Positions 1 to 14,899 of a DNA stretch of 64,000 nucleotides are shown piece by piece. The position numbers and the translations under genes were made by a program. A model generated the notes under the pieces. The model worked only from the letters and a program-made list of their open reading frames with translations. It did not search any database and was not told the origin of the DNA. Each line of letters opens with the position of its first letter. Position 1 is the first letter of the stretch. The stretch is from Eledone cirrhosa (Eukaryota): the NCBI GenBank assembly GCA_964016885.1, contig OZ024740.1:402566001-402630000 (forward strand), read 5' to 3'.

Positions 1-771
1 CTTGTCGGTATTTTCCTTTATCGTTTGTCTAAATTATTTGCTCGATTTCTCTTCGCATCTGCATCTAACTCCGTATTTCGTTTTACTCTTTATATATTTC
101 TTTCAACTTATTTTTGTTGTTTGTAAATGTGTGTTTCTTTCTCTTTGAATGCCAGTGCATAAATGTATGTGAATGTTTTAGTGTTGTTAAAACAATCCTG
201 AAAACTATTTTCATTTGTTAGTACATTCTAAGACCAAGCTTAATCTGATGTTTGTCAAGTAATTAATGAAACAGTTTGTGTTTGTTTGACTTAAATATAT
301 TCATTTCTTTTATTTATCTATTTCCGTCAGAATTTTATAGGTGTCAGCCATTCCCATCTGACATAATTTATTTTTCATGTTAGTTTTTGTTTCATTTCCC
401 TCTCCACCCTATTATTTACCTACTTAAATCACAATAGCTCCTCTCCAGAATAGTTGATGCAATTTCTTATCTTCGTTTAAAATCATAGCATCGATAGGCA
501 TGCTCCTACTTTTATAAGGTTTCTTGTTTTCCTAATCAAAATTTAATGCGTTTTCTTAAATTCCATAAGTATTTATACGTATCTTTTCTTTTTTCAGTTT
601 CAAATTAATGATCTTTTACGAGTTTATCTTTCAGTGTGTTCATCATGCACGTTTGTTAAAATGATATATTTTCATTTATATATTCTGTGAAAAGGTCATT
701 ACGTATGTATGTATAGATTTCAACGCTTTTACAACTCATATACATCACATGTACATGTATTGGAGACACTG

Positions 772-832
<61 letters not shown>

Positions 833-910
833 CACAAGTAAAAAATAGCTATAATGTTGTATCAATGTATCAAATACGTGCAAACACACATGTACCTGTA
901 ATTTTAAAGC

Positions 911-986
<76 letters not shown>

Positions 987-1223
987 GTTCTTACATATAT
1001 TTAAATAATAATATATAAGTTAAAGATTGAATCAATTGTAGAGAAACTTCGAGTGAGAACATTTCAGCTCAAATTTCTTTTTATACAGATAGAAATATAC
1101 AGGAATGAGAATTTAAAGGTAAAATGAACGTTTTAACACAGAGCATATGAAATAAATTAAGATGACAGAAAGCCATTTTTGAATCACATAATCCTTACTT
1201 GTATATAATGAGTCTAGATGTAA

Positions 1224-1299
<76 letters not shown>

Positions 1300-1931
1300 A
1301 AAGAGAGTGAGAGAGAGAGCAGAAGAGAGAGAGAGTCTGTGGTACCGTGGAGACCACTAATCAGGGGAGTACTCAATGCATGGGGAGATGTAAAATCCCT
1401 TGGCGCTGAGGGCAGGATTTTACACAGCTCTCTCTCTCTAGTTCTCCCTCTTACTCTCTCTCTATCTCTCTCTCTATATATATATATATAGAGAGAGAGA
1501 GTGAGAGAGAGAGAGTGAGAGAGAAGAGAGAGAGAAAGAAAGAGAGAGAGAGTAAGATTATTTGGCTGAGGCCATGAGATGTATAAATCATGACTTTAAA
1601 ATTAAGTGCTCAGAGCAAAGAAGATGGGAAAAAAAAAATTACTCCAACACTTACTTTTGAATCTTTAATTTTTAGATTTTAATTCTTATTAATTCTTTTT
1701 AATTGTAATACTCAACATTTGATAAGATTAATTTTAACAATACACCGAAACCGGTAATACTTTATATACTTTATATATATTATATACTTTATAAAAGTAT
1801 TTTTTAAAAAGAATTGTCTCTCTCACTTTTTCAATAATGTCATCTTTTCAATAAGGTCACTTTGAGGCATCAAAGAAAGGAAAAAATGAAAAACAGACCT
1901 TAAAATATATTTTCCATGTTATTTCCAACTT

Positions 1932-2020
<89 letters not shown>

Positions 2021-2059
2021 TCTCTCTTTCACGCGCATGCGCGCACTCTATAGATAGAT

Positions 2060-2769
<710 letters not shown>

Positions 2770-3270
2770 GAGAGACCCAGGTCCAGTCAGGGGTAACCAC
2801 AGTAAATAAGAAGGCACTCAATACATTCGTTGAGTGTATACAACATTTACTATAGAAATGGCTTCTACAGGCCTAGTAATGTTTCATTCGTAAGAAATCA
2901 TAATTTCTTCTATATATGTTCACACACACACACAGACACACAGACACACAAACACACACACACGCACTCACACACACACAAAAAGAATGAAGGGTTTATT
3001 CTACTGACATGGCTTTAAAAATGAGGCTTGTTTGCATAATTGCAAACAAATCGAATATTATTATTAATCTTCGAAAAACTCAGATTACAGATATATATAT
3101 ATAAAAGAAAATTTCGCTCTACATGGCTGAATACAATAAATGTAATCTGAGTTTTTCGAATATTAATAATAACATTCGATTCGTTTGCAATTATGCAAAC
3201 AAGCCTCAATTGTATAGCCATGTTAGTAGAATGAACACTTCATTCTTGCTCTTGTGTTGGCATGCGAACA

Positions 3271-3320
3271 GAACTGTAGACTGTAATGTTTCTGGGTATC
3301 ACCCTTCATCAGTACAGCTC
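3271..3320 (-). ncRNA. minimal type I hammerhead ribozyme
   Basis: Minus strand: gagctgta CTGATGA a gggt gat accc a GAAA c attaca g TC tacagttc. 8-bp stem I, GUC site. Confidence 0.8.
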
Positions 3321-3594
3321 ACTGTTCACCTGCGAAACTGTCACAGCTAGTGAAAATATATGCTATTTTCAAAAATACACAGTGACTGATTTGTATATTA
3401 CCAGACTGGCTAATCAGTCATATCTGCATATTAGCAGATCCACTGATGAGCCAGATTTTCATATCAGCAGACTGGCCAGGCAGGTATACGGGCGATAAAC
3501 GGGCGGCTTTGCCAAATTCAAATAAAAAAGAAATTTTCTCTCTACATGGCTGAATGTATTTCCACTAGTTCTGACAGTTTCGCAGGTGATCAGT

Positions 3595-3644
3595 GAGCTG
3601 TAATGATGAAGGGTGATACCCAGAAACATTAGTGTCTGCAGTTC
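3595..3644 (+). ncRNA. degenerate hammerhead copy (core ATGATGA)
   Basis: gagctgta ATGATGA agggtgataccca GAAA cattagtg TC tgcagttc. Inverted copy of 3271-3320 with C3 changed to A. Confidence 0.55.
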
Positions 3645-3773
3645 TGTTCACATGCCAACACAAGAGCAAGAATGAAGTGTTCATTCTCCTGACATGGCTA
3701 TCAAATTGAAGCTTGTTTGCATAACTGCAAACGAATCGAATGTTATTAATAATATTCGAAAAACACAGATTAC

Positions 3774-3839
<66 letters not shown>

Positions 3840-3841
<2 letters not shown>

Positions 3842-4368
3842 GTGGAACACTGGAAGGTAATATCCGTAGTGGTAGAGCACTCAGTCCAAGGGACGAGTTA
3901 GGTAGAAGTGTTTACACAATAGTTAGTTCACCATACCGAGAACAATTGTTTCACCTTCGCGGATCTTCAGCTCGGGATGTGTATGGTTATAGGAACAGGA
4001 AGGACAACGGTACGAACGCGCATGTGCAGAAACTCGGTCACTTCACACAGGCAATACTAGACTTCGTGCGGGAGGTGTAAGGGAGATAACTGGAGAAAGT
4101 CCGGAAAGTTTTTAGGTTGAAAATAAAATAAAAAAATTTAAAATAAAATTACAAAAAATCAGTCCGGAGCCTTGTAGTTATGCAATAGATGTTTGGTGAT
4201 GTGTGGACAACGTGTGAAAAATTCACTACTCGTGTTTAGGCAATCACTATTGCGTAATCTCTTTAGTTCGTCAATACATAAGCCACACGTCGGATTTCCC
4301 CTTGCGTATGGCTTGGACTTAGTGATGGCTTTCCATTGAATGGAGTAGCCTATACTTGAGTCCTTGAT
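3840..4368 (-). mobile_element. 5'-truncated Penelope-like element (Naiad-type endonuclease C-terminus plus 3' pLTR)
   Basis: 4368->4159 translates IKDSSIGYSIQWKAITKSKPYARGNPTCGLCIDELKRLRNSDCLNTSSEFFTRCPH...* (not in the ORF track). It is homologous to the endonuclease tail at 24668-24900, and a hammerhead follows. Confidence 0.8.
3936..3975 (-). ncRNA. minimal type I hammerhead ribozyme
   Basis: Minus strand: ccgag CTGAAGA t cc gcgaa gg t GAAA caattg TT ctcgg. Stem III region is the palindrome AACAATTGTT. Confidence 0.8.
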
Positions 4369-4399
4369 ATATATATTTATATATTCAATTTAATTCGAT

Positions 4400-5492
4400 T
4401 CAATATATTTGGCAGAAATTAAAACATAGATGGTTCAGATGCCATGTAAAGAGGGGAGGGGGGCAAAACTGACACAGTCGGAAACACAGTGGTCCAACAC
4501 CGGTCCAATTTCGCCTTGAATTATTGCGTGGTTGACACGTTGACTACTTCTTCTGGAAGCCGATTCCAGGGTTCAGAGATGCGGATCGAGAAAGCAGCTT
4601 TCCGTTATTTAGGTGAAAGCGGCGGTGAAATAGCTTTTTGTCATGTCCACGTAGACCTTTTTCAAGTGCCGGAGTGAATAGGAGATCTTGAGGGAGATCG
4701 TAATGACCATTGAAGAGATTGTAAGCCAAAATGAAATCGCCTATTAGCCGTCGGCGCTCCAAGGAGAAGAGGTTCAGCTTCTGCAGCCGGCTTTCGAAGG
4801 GCAGCTCATGAAGACCCTGTACCATTCGAGTCGCTAGTCGTTGAACTCTCTCCAAGTGATGGATATCCCAGTTGAGATATGGGTTTGATGCTTGGATGCC
4901 ATATTCTAGGTGTGGTCTCACGAGGGCGACATAGAGAAGCCTGAAATTTTCTGGAGTGAGTTTCGCAAAGGAGCGTCGAATAAGTAAAAGAGAGCTCCTT
5001 GCCTTGTTTGCGGCTTGAATGCAATGTTTTGATGGTTTGAAGGATGAGTCGACCAGCAGACCAAGATCTTTAGCATCCTCAACCTCCTTCAAAGGAGCAG
5101 TGCCACCGTTGAAGGTAAGAGCTGAGTTATAAGGTGTGCCCACTGCCATATGGCAACACTTATCGAAATTGAGGTAGAGTCAATGGTCCAACTCCAGAAT
5201 CCCAGTCAACGGTCCAACTCCAGGCGCGCTGGAGGCTGGAATTGAGATTGTCGATCTCGCTCCTACGGGCTACCATTTTCACATCATCTGCAAATAGAAG
5301 CACGTTTCCACCAATCACGTCCGGCATGTCGTTGATGTATAGAAGGAAGAGTATTGGGACCAACACAGAGCTCTGGGGAACGCCGCTGCCTACACCCTCC
5401 CCCGATGACAGACTGCCATTGGTCCGAACTCTGCAAGTACGACCCTCAAGAAATGATCCAATCAACTTTATAATCGAATCATGGAGACCATA
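4400..5492 (-). mobile_element. CR1-clade LINE 3' fragment (RT domain, disrupted)
   Basis: GVPQSSVLVPILFLLYINDM, LLFADDVK, KDLGLLVD, LYVALVRPHLEY, LERVQRLATRMV, LFSLERRRLIGD, LRGH. Split over the 5160-5465 and 4544-5149 frames. Confidence 0.9.
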
Positions 5493-5619
5493 GTTGCTGA
5501 GCTTATGCTGGAGCAGGCGGTGGTTGATATAATGTATACATTCATATATACATCGCTATTTCAGAGCACCAACACAAATATATTTATATGTATATATGTG
5601 TATGTGTACGTGTCTGATG

Positions 5620-6264
5620 TATGTAGACAATTCAAGTCTCTCGAAGCCGTGTTCATGAGTAAGGGAAGGCAGGAGACTGAATTAAGTGCAAGAAATGCAG
5701 GAGCTTGTGAAGTAATGCGCCAGCTTCAACATTCGATAATCAGAAGTAGGAGCAAAAACCAAACACGCTATCTTTAATTCGGTATTCGTGCAAACCCGAA
5801 ACTATGGTCATGAAACTTGGGTGATGACTGAAAGAATACGATCGCGAATAAAATGGAGTTCATCCGAAGGGTCTTTGGATTAACGTTACTCGATAGATTG
5901 CGTAGCTCGGAGATCAGGGAATCACACCACGTAGATCCACTACTTCTCTGAATGCTATGGAAAGTAACGCTGGGCGGATTTTACGGTGAAAATTAAACGG
6001 CAGTAGACCTAGTGTTAGCATCCGAGCAAGATGGTTCAATATCTCCCATGATCATGGGAATCCAGCCGGATCAGTTGGAGACGATTACTTCTGACACAAC
6101 CAGCTGGAAGGAGTGTTTGAGGACTCTGCCCCCACGACCCTGCTCAGGAATAATTTGGCGAAACAGAAGAAGAAGAAGAAGAAAAAGAAGAAGAAGAAGA
6201 AGAAGAAGAAGAAGAAGAAGAAGAAGAAGAAGAAGAAGAAGAAGAAGAAGAAGAAGAAGAAGAA
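5620..6264 (+). mobile_element. decayed RTE-clade LINE 3' fragment with (AAG)n tail
   Basis: Frameshifted RTE C-terminal motifs (YGHETWVMT; FIRRVFGLTLLDRLRSSEIRESHHVDPLLL), followed by (AAG)n at 6166-6264. Confidence 0.65.
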
Positions 6265-6369
6265 AGTGTCTGTGGATAGGAGTATAAGAAGAAGATTTCA
6301 CTTTTTTCTCTTTATTTACTTTTATCCATGTGTTTATGTCTAATCAATAATATTCAACATCTATGGTTG

Positions 6370-6787
6370 CGATGATTTACATTACTCTATATATACTATT
6401 GTAATTTTGTGGTAATGGCTTTATCTTATATAACTATCTCACATAATATCGAATCTATTAAATTTTGATATTATTTTGAGAACAATACCTCAACATTAGT
6501 ATGAGCGGTCAGTTACGACAAGTTTGAACATAAAGAGGTTGGAGAATTCTGGCCGAATAAAGCCTGTTTAAATACTAAAGGGTTAATCCTTTAGCATTTA
6601 CATTACTCTATATATACTATTGCATTTTCATAGTAAAGGCTTTACCTTACATAATTATCTCTCATAGTATTGAATCTACGAGATGTTGATATTATTTTGG
6701 GAACAATACCTCAATATCAGTATGAGTGTCCAGTTACGACCAGTTTGAACAGAAAGAGGTGAGAGAATTCTGGCCGGAAAGGGTTAA
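6370..6787. mobile_element. two tandem copies of a ~210-bp TTAA-bounded MITE (piggyBac-like)
   Basis: Near-duplicated units join at aaatactaaagggTTAAtcctttagcattt; the right end is aaagggTTAA. A third copy lies at 36552-36762. Confidence 0.6.
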
Positions 6788-6935
6788 TTATCAACAATCC
6801 CATCGTTTAGTCTATTTACAGTTTCCTAATAAAGTCTACACTTTAACTCAATCAACACTACACTGATTATCTTCTTACACACAAACTAGAACAATTCTCT
6901 TTTTCATAATGAATATACTCCTATCCACAGACACT

Positions 6936-7047
6936 TTCTTCTTCTTCTTCTTCTTCTTCTTCTTCTTCTTCTTCTTCTTCTTCTTCTTCTTCTTCTTCTT
7001 CTTCTTCTTCTTCTTCTTCTTCTTCTTCTTCTTCTTCTTCTTCTTCT
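6936..7047. repeat. (TTC)n microsatellite
   Basis: Perfect trinucleotide run. Confidence 0.95.
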
Positions 7048-7279
7048 ATCACATACAGACAGATGCTATAGTTAACATCATCTTGTCTTAAATAATTCGA
7101 TCTGTTTGGCACAACAACAACGATAACAGTAGAAGCCCCCAATAAATAACAATAGATACCTAAACATACAAAGAGCTCCGAAACAGATAACAAACAAACA
7201 ACAAACCTTTTGCTTAAAAGCATGGTACAAAAAATAAATTTATAAACAAATCCACCAACCACATAATAAACATATCCAT

Positions 7280-8416
<1,137 letters not shown>

Positions 8417-8845
8417 TGGTGGCTGCCAACTCGTTTTCGAGTACGGCCACTACTTTATATCCATGTAGGAGAACCTCTACCGATGCACTGAATGAGTGTG
8501 ACTTTTTAGTCCAGCCAGCGACTTGAAAACTCTGGTACAAACACTACACCTGTGACAATTATTGACACATAGTGCTGGGCCCATGGTGCCATGTGACGGC
8601 AAGTGCAGAGAGATCTCCAGATATAAAGCAATGCCTGTGCTGTGAAGCTTTTATAGTGAGCAAAGGCACTGCACAAACCCAGTCCCACTCTCTTAACCAA
8701 GATGATATGTACCAAAAAGAAGAACAAGTCAACATCATTGGATACCATCAGGGTTGCAGGTGTTATATCAGAGTTTTCCTTCTCCTAGAATTCTGCCTTG
8801 ACAAAGGCTACGGGGTCAAATCTCCCGGGGCTAAGGGGTCATCTC
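8417..8845 (-). mobile_element. RTE-derived non-autonomous element, copy 1 (5'-truncated)
   Basis: Near-identical to 13218-13625. Confidence 0.65.
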
Positions 8846-8936
8846 TATACATATATACATACATATACATACATACATACATTCATACATACGTACATAC
8901 ATACATACGTACATACATACATACATACATACATAT

Positions 8937-11900
8937 GGCGACCGTTGTGGTCAGTGTCCGATAATCGGACGTGTGTAATTACGGCTTACATGAAGGCAAC
9001 ATACCATATATTGGAAAAAGTTGAGCTACATTACGCGGTAAGATTACATACAATAATTCTACATAAGTGTTTGAACTGTAAGTGTGTTGTAAAACACCTA
9101 TTTATATGAACGATACATACACTTATGATATATGAACGATACATATACTTTAACATATAAATGCAACGTTGTTATATTACATTTATAAAGAAATATAAAA
9201 GTAACGTTTTCGATTCAGAAACAAAAATATAAGTGTTTGAACTGTGAATGTTGTGAATATGTTGTAGAACACCTATTTATATGAATGATACATAAACTTT
9301 AACATATAAATACAGCGTTGTTATATTATATTACATTCGTAAAGGAATATACTAAGTAACGGTTCTTTTTGTTCTCGATTCAAACGATTCAAGAACAACG
9401 TTTAAAACACAGTTGTAGAATTAAAAACTAACTGAAAAGAAATATTACCCAAGCTGTGAATAACTTTAAATTTGATTCTGACAGAACTTTGTCGTAACTT
9501 TTAAAGAAGATCATCGACTATTTAAAAAAAATAAATACAAAATATTAGTGAATAGACGAACTCATCATGGCAAAAAGTACAAGTCTCCTTCGACCAAATC
9601 GCAATTACAACCGTTGTATACAGTGGAGCTACGAGCTTAACAAAGAATTATATGAAGCATACAAACAATCTGAACCCCAAAAGTTCGGTTTTATGCAAAG
9701 GCTAAAAACTTTATGGAACTCCAAGCACCCAGAATTAGACTTTTCTCCAAAGCATCTAAATGAACAGGCAAAACGTATCATTAGATGTAAATTGATACAT
9801 CTAACGGAATCGAGTGATACTACAAATACAGCCCTTGTAGACAACCACCCCACCAGACAAAGAGAATGGCCAGCTAAATCTAACAGTGAACAGCTCACCA
9901 ACAATTTTGCTGAAATCCATCCCACTTCCACTGAAGAACAGCGAGAAAGGTCAGCTGACTCTAGTAGTAATTGTCACCACATCAACAACGAGGCTGTAAT
10001 TCATGACTCTACTGAACAAACAGAGCACCAAAAACTTGTGGGCACCCTACAAGTGATATGGAACGATATGTTTCAAGAGATACACAGCCTTAATGTGAGT
10101 GACAGACCATACAACACTAGAGTCAGTAAAGAACCCACTAAATTGGAATTGGAAGCGGTGAACGAAATAGCTGGCAATTATCTGAAGGCTATACGATCTA
10201 AAGGTGTAGAAACGACATTTGAAACGCTCAATGTTTTGTTATATGTTTCAGCTGTCACATTGCTATCATATAACACACATCTAAAACCACGCAATCAAGA
10301 TACAAACAGAAAGCCTGAACCAGCGTGGATGCGAAATTTAAAAACCAAAATTTTGTCCCTGAGACGAAGTATCTCACACATCGCAGTCGTTATGAAATGC
10401 AACATAGAGAGAAACTTCACACGACACCAGGAAGACCTAAAGAAAAAGTTAGAGAGACGATTTGGAGATACAAAATTTAAGACTTTGAACTCCAAATTAC
10501 ACCAGTTGAAACAACAACTCACAGCTACAACAGAAAGACTAAATATAAGTCAACAGCCCATAAACGACAAGTGCTAAATAGATTGTTTGCCAGAGATCCT
10601 AAATCAGTTTATCGCAGCTTCGGTGGCAAAAGCTCAATCCCTGTAAACGACACCCCTTCAAAAGAACAGGTTGAGAACTACTGGAGATCAGTATGGGAAA
10701 CGGATGACGGATTCAACAGACAAGCTAATTGGCTAAAACAACTGGAACAGGACTACTGCCAACATGTCCAGACAAAACAATATGACATAGATGGGTCAAT
10801 ACTGGAAACAGCTCTACAGAAAATGTCGAATAGGAAATCGCCAGGCCCAGACCTCATTACAGGATACTGGTTGAAGAATTTCACTTTCTATCGGCAAGAT
10901 CTCATACGGCTGTTTACAGAAACCATTAAGGGCACACAAGAACTGCCCAGATGGTTATCAACTGCCACTACTCTCCTCATTCCCCAAAATAGCCAAACCA
11001 CCCTTGCTAAAAATTACCGCCCAATTGCCTGCCAAAACATCATGTATAAAGTATATACTGGGTGCCTTAACCTGTTCTTACAGGATCACTGTGCTACCAA
11101 CAACATCATAACACATGAGCAAGCTGGTGGAAAGAGGGAGGTGTGGGGTTGCATAGATCACCTACTAACTAACAAAATGATTCAGGAAAAAACAACAAAG
11201 AATCGCAGAAACATGACTGTCGTGTGGCTGGACTATCAAAAAGCATTTGATAGTGTACCTCATGGGTGGATTATTAAGGCTTTACAGTTAGCTAAAGTCC
11301 CACAACCATTAGTAGCTGCTGTTGAACGCCTGACCAAGAACTGGTACACCAATTTGATCCTTAGAGGTGAGAAGGAGCAGGTTAAGACTGATAGGATACA
11401 TTACCAGAAGGGCATCTTTCAGGGTGATAGCTTGTCAGTACTACTCTTCGTTCTCTCACTGAATCCACTATCTTACCTACTCAGGAAACAAGGTGGACAA
11501 AGAAGTGGGCCCAGAAGTATCTCCCATCTTTTCTTTGTTGATGACCTGAAGTTGTATGGGCCAAATATCAATGACATCAAGAAACAATTGGACCTCATTA
11601 CACAATTTTCAACCGACATCAAAATGAAATTTGGTGAGTCCAAGTGTGCATATTTGGCAGTAAAACGTGGAAGAGCTGTGCCCTCCTCTAGAAATCTAGA
11701 TATGAACGGCCTGACAATACAACCTCTGCAGTCAGGTGACAACTACAGATATCTTGGACAGGATGAGAATGTCAGATATGATGGACCCATAAATAAGGAG
11801 AGAACCAGAACTGAATACCTCAGAAGAGTAAAAAAAATATGGTCATCAGAACTGTCAGCATACAACAAATACATTGCCCACAATACCTATGCTGTGCCAG

Positions 11901-13147
11901 TTCTAACGCCAACATTTGGCCTACTGAACTGGTCATTGCAAGAACTAAGTGAGATGGATGTTAGAACTCGAAAACTTCTCAGTGTTACTGGGAACTTTAA
12001 CATCAATGGTGATGTGGATAGGCTATACTTCTCACGCAAGGAAGGTGGCCGGGGTCTAAAATCAATATTAACAACATATGAGACCCGGATAGTAACACTG
12101 AAGCAACACCTTCAACAGAGGAAAAAGGTTGGCGACCATCTTGCTCAGGTTTATGAGCATGAAAAAAGAAATATCATTAGAATAGCGACTGATCTGGAGG
12201 AGAGATATGGAATAAAGCCTGATATAAATCTCTCACCCAGAGAAATCGGAAGATCCTATTCAATGTTCAAACAAGAAAAAAAAATTGACCAATTTACAGA
12301 GAAAGTTGTGCATGGATACTTGAGGCGTAAAACACAGACCATAGAGGGGATAAACCACTCAAAAAGCCTGGCATGGAGTTCCGACAAGTTTATGACATCA
12401 CACCTTGAGGGATATCTCTATGCAATACAGGAACGAGAACTCCCTACCAAATATCTGCTGCACAAAAGAGGAGGGCCAGCAGCTGACAATAAATGTAGGC
12501 TATCTAAAACAAAGATCGAGGATGTAAGCCACATTGTTGCCAGCTGCGAAAGAATGTCATCTCGCTACTACCTCCCCATGAGACACGATGGGATAGCTAG
12601 AACTATCTGGAACGCACTTCGGAAAACAAAATTAACAACAAACGAGGAAGAATATATTGAGACAGATGGCACTAAGGAATACTGGTGGAACCTGAAAATA
12701 AAAACTGCCACCAAATTAAAGCACAACCGGCATGATATTGTAGTTTGGGACCACACATTGAAAACGTGTTCTGTTGTGGAGATCAGCTGCCCACTTGATG
12801 TAAACGTTGTCAGAAAAATACAGGAGAAGGAGGACATCTACGGACCATTGATGAGGAGCTTACAAATCCAGTATCCAAGATACACCTTTAGCTTCATACC
12901 CATCATTATTGGTGCTACGGGTTATATACCAACCCGCTTGGACCAAAGTATGACCGAACTTGGATTTGCGGACAAAAAGCGCAGCTCCCTAATTCATAGT
13001 CTACAAATGGCTGCGATAGCTGGCACCTTCAAAATATGCAAAACATTCTTGCGATTCAAGGGATGACAATTTCTTTTCTTTTACAACCTTGCCACCAGGA
13101 AGGTGGCCGGTCAAAAAAATATACTCGAAATTAAGAGAAAGAGAAAA
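8937..13147 (+). mobile_element. R4/Dong-like RLE non-LTR retrotransposon, apparently full length, inserted in (TACA)n
   Basis: One long RT-RLE coding region with a ~630-bp 5' UTR and a short 3' UTR. (TACA)n lies immediately on both sides. Confidence 0.85.
9567..13066 (+). pseudogene. RT plus restriction-like endonuclease ORF with one frameshift near 10541
   Basis: KSPGPD, NYRPIAC, WLDYQKAFDSVPH, GIFQGDSLS, HLFFVDDLK, EGGRGL, zinc knuckle CRLS...H...C, RHD, and RLE motifs D-IVV...VEISCP...KEDIY. Adding one A at cta-aat-ata restores RLKYKSTAHKRQVLNRLF and fuses the two ORFs. Confidence 0.85.
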
Positions 13148-13185
13148 CATACATACATACATACATACATACATACATACATACA

Positions 13186-13217
<32 letters not shown>

Positions 13218-13218
<1 letters not shown>

Positions 13219-13825
13219 GGTGGCAGCCAACTCGTTTTCGAGTACGGCCACTACTTTACATCCCTGTAGGAGAACCCCTACGGAGACGCTGAACGAGTGT
13301 GACTTTTTAGTCCAGCCAGCGATTTGAAAACTCTGGTACAAACACTACACTTTTGACAATTATTGACACAGTGCTGGGCCCATGGTACCATCTGACGACA
13401 AGTGCAGAGAGATCTCCAGATATAAAGCAATGCCTGTGCCGTGAAGCTTTTATAGTGAGCAAAGGCACTGCACAAAGCCAGTCCCACTCTCTTAACCAAG
13501 ATGATATGTACCAAAAAGAAGAACAAGTCAACATCATTGGATACCATCAGGGTTGCAGGTGTTATATCAGAGTTTTCCTTCTCCTAGAATTCTGCCTTGA
13601 CAAAGGCTAAGGGGTCATCTCTCCCGGTGATTTTGGATGGCCATTGACACTTAAGAGCTCCTTTGCCCTTTGACAGGTTTTGTTTTTAGTCCTGCAGGAT
13701 GTCCAAAGTCACCCTCCTCACCAAGCAACCTTGGTGGGGTTGCCAGTTTAGTCGCCAACGACCCGACCATGAGACAGGTTGTACTGGGATACATGTTACC
13801 AGTAGCACAAACTGGTGACCTGACA
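13218..13825 (-). mobile_element. RTE-derived non-autonomous element, copy 2 (5' UTR-like head plus 3' end)
   Basis: Minus strand has CTAGGAGAAGGAAAACTCTGA (RTE 5' UTR-like) and a C2H2 finger remnant CSVCTRVFKSLAGLKSHTR as in RTE C-termini. No RT. Flanked by TACA repeats. Confidence 0.65.
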
Positions 13826-14800
13826 TAACATACATACATACATACATATATACAAACCAATCCGGTCTCACTCTTCTAACAAACGAACGATGTTTCTTCA
13901 CTACAATTGTTTTCCTGTTATTGTTTATCTTTACGTGAAAATATGTGTCAGAATATGTATGTATTCAACAGACATTTTCTTCGTGTATACGTGAACAAAA
14001 TTCTAACGTAAATGTTTTATGCAGTATCTGAATGTGGTAAAGATTCATCCTTTTCTCATAAAAATATGTCTTTCTGATACCTATGCATGTCTGTTTATGT
14101 TTTGTAAATAATACAGAGGTCTAATTAAGGTATGTGTATGCAGAAAACTATTTACAAATTGTTATGTGTATGCCTATACATATAATCTGCGGCTGTCTAT
14201 GTAAGACGTATACGTGTATGTGTCACTTGAAATTATTTTGAATGTTATTACGTTTAAATCTATATAAGAATATATAATTTAATTCAAGTTTCTGTCTCGT
14301 TAGGTAGAAAAATCAAAAACCTAATGATATTTGTTATTGACTCTCAAAACGAAAATGTGATAATTTGATCATAGAACTTACTATAGACAAAACTATTCGT
14401 AATTCTATTTCTATTTCTATACAGAAACTATGTAGATTGATCTATGCATTGGTGTTTAAGATTTTCTATGTAGTTAATGAACAGTATGGGCGAAATTGTC
14501 CTAATTTCTCACAACAAACATTACATTTTCTCCTATACATTTCTACTAAATTTGTTGAATTAAATTATAACATCTTTAATTCATATCCTCATTGTTTAAG
14601 AATCACTAACAGTTCTCGCGTGATTATTTTCTAAAACCTTGATAGAAATTTCAATAAAATGATATTTCTTTGCCTATGTTATGTCATTTATAACCATCTA
14701 ATAATATTCATAAACCCATTGATTCATCAGTGTTATTTGCCTGAGTACAAATTACTTTTCAGTTGTGCTTTGATTAATATTCCTTGGGCATCCCCACTTT

Positions 14801-14850
<50 letters not shown>

Positions 14851-14863
14851 TATGTCTGTGAGT

Positions 14864-14899
<36 letters not shown>

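Larger units (their letters stand above)
2983..3780. repeat. PLE-type terminal repeat block with inverted and direct copies
   Basis: 3133-3358 is the reverse complement of 3557-3780. 3103-3132 is repeated directly at 3527-3556. 2983-3090 is a partial third copy. Each full copy carries a hammerhead motif. Confidence 0.8.

Noticed and set aside
8937-9035. HDV-like or hammerhead ribozyme at the 5' end of the R4-like element
   Set aside because: I could not build either fold by eye.
10530-10577. Programmed frameshift or two-ORF structure in the R4-like element
   Set aside because: No slippery heptamer. A single lost A restores a continuous ORF, and other point lesions show decay.
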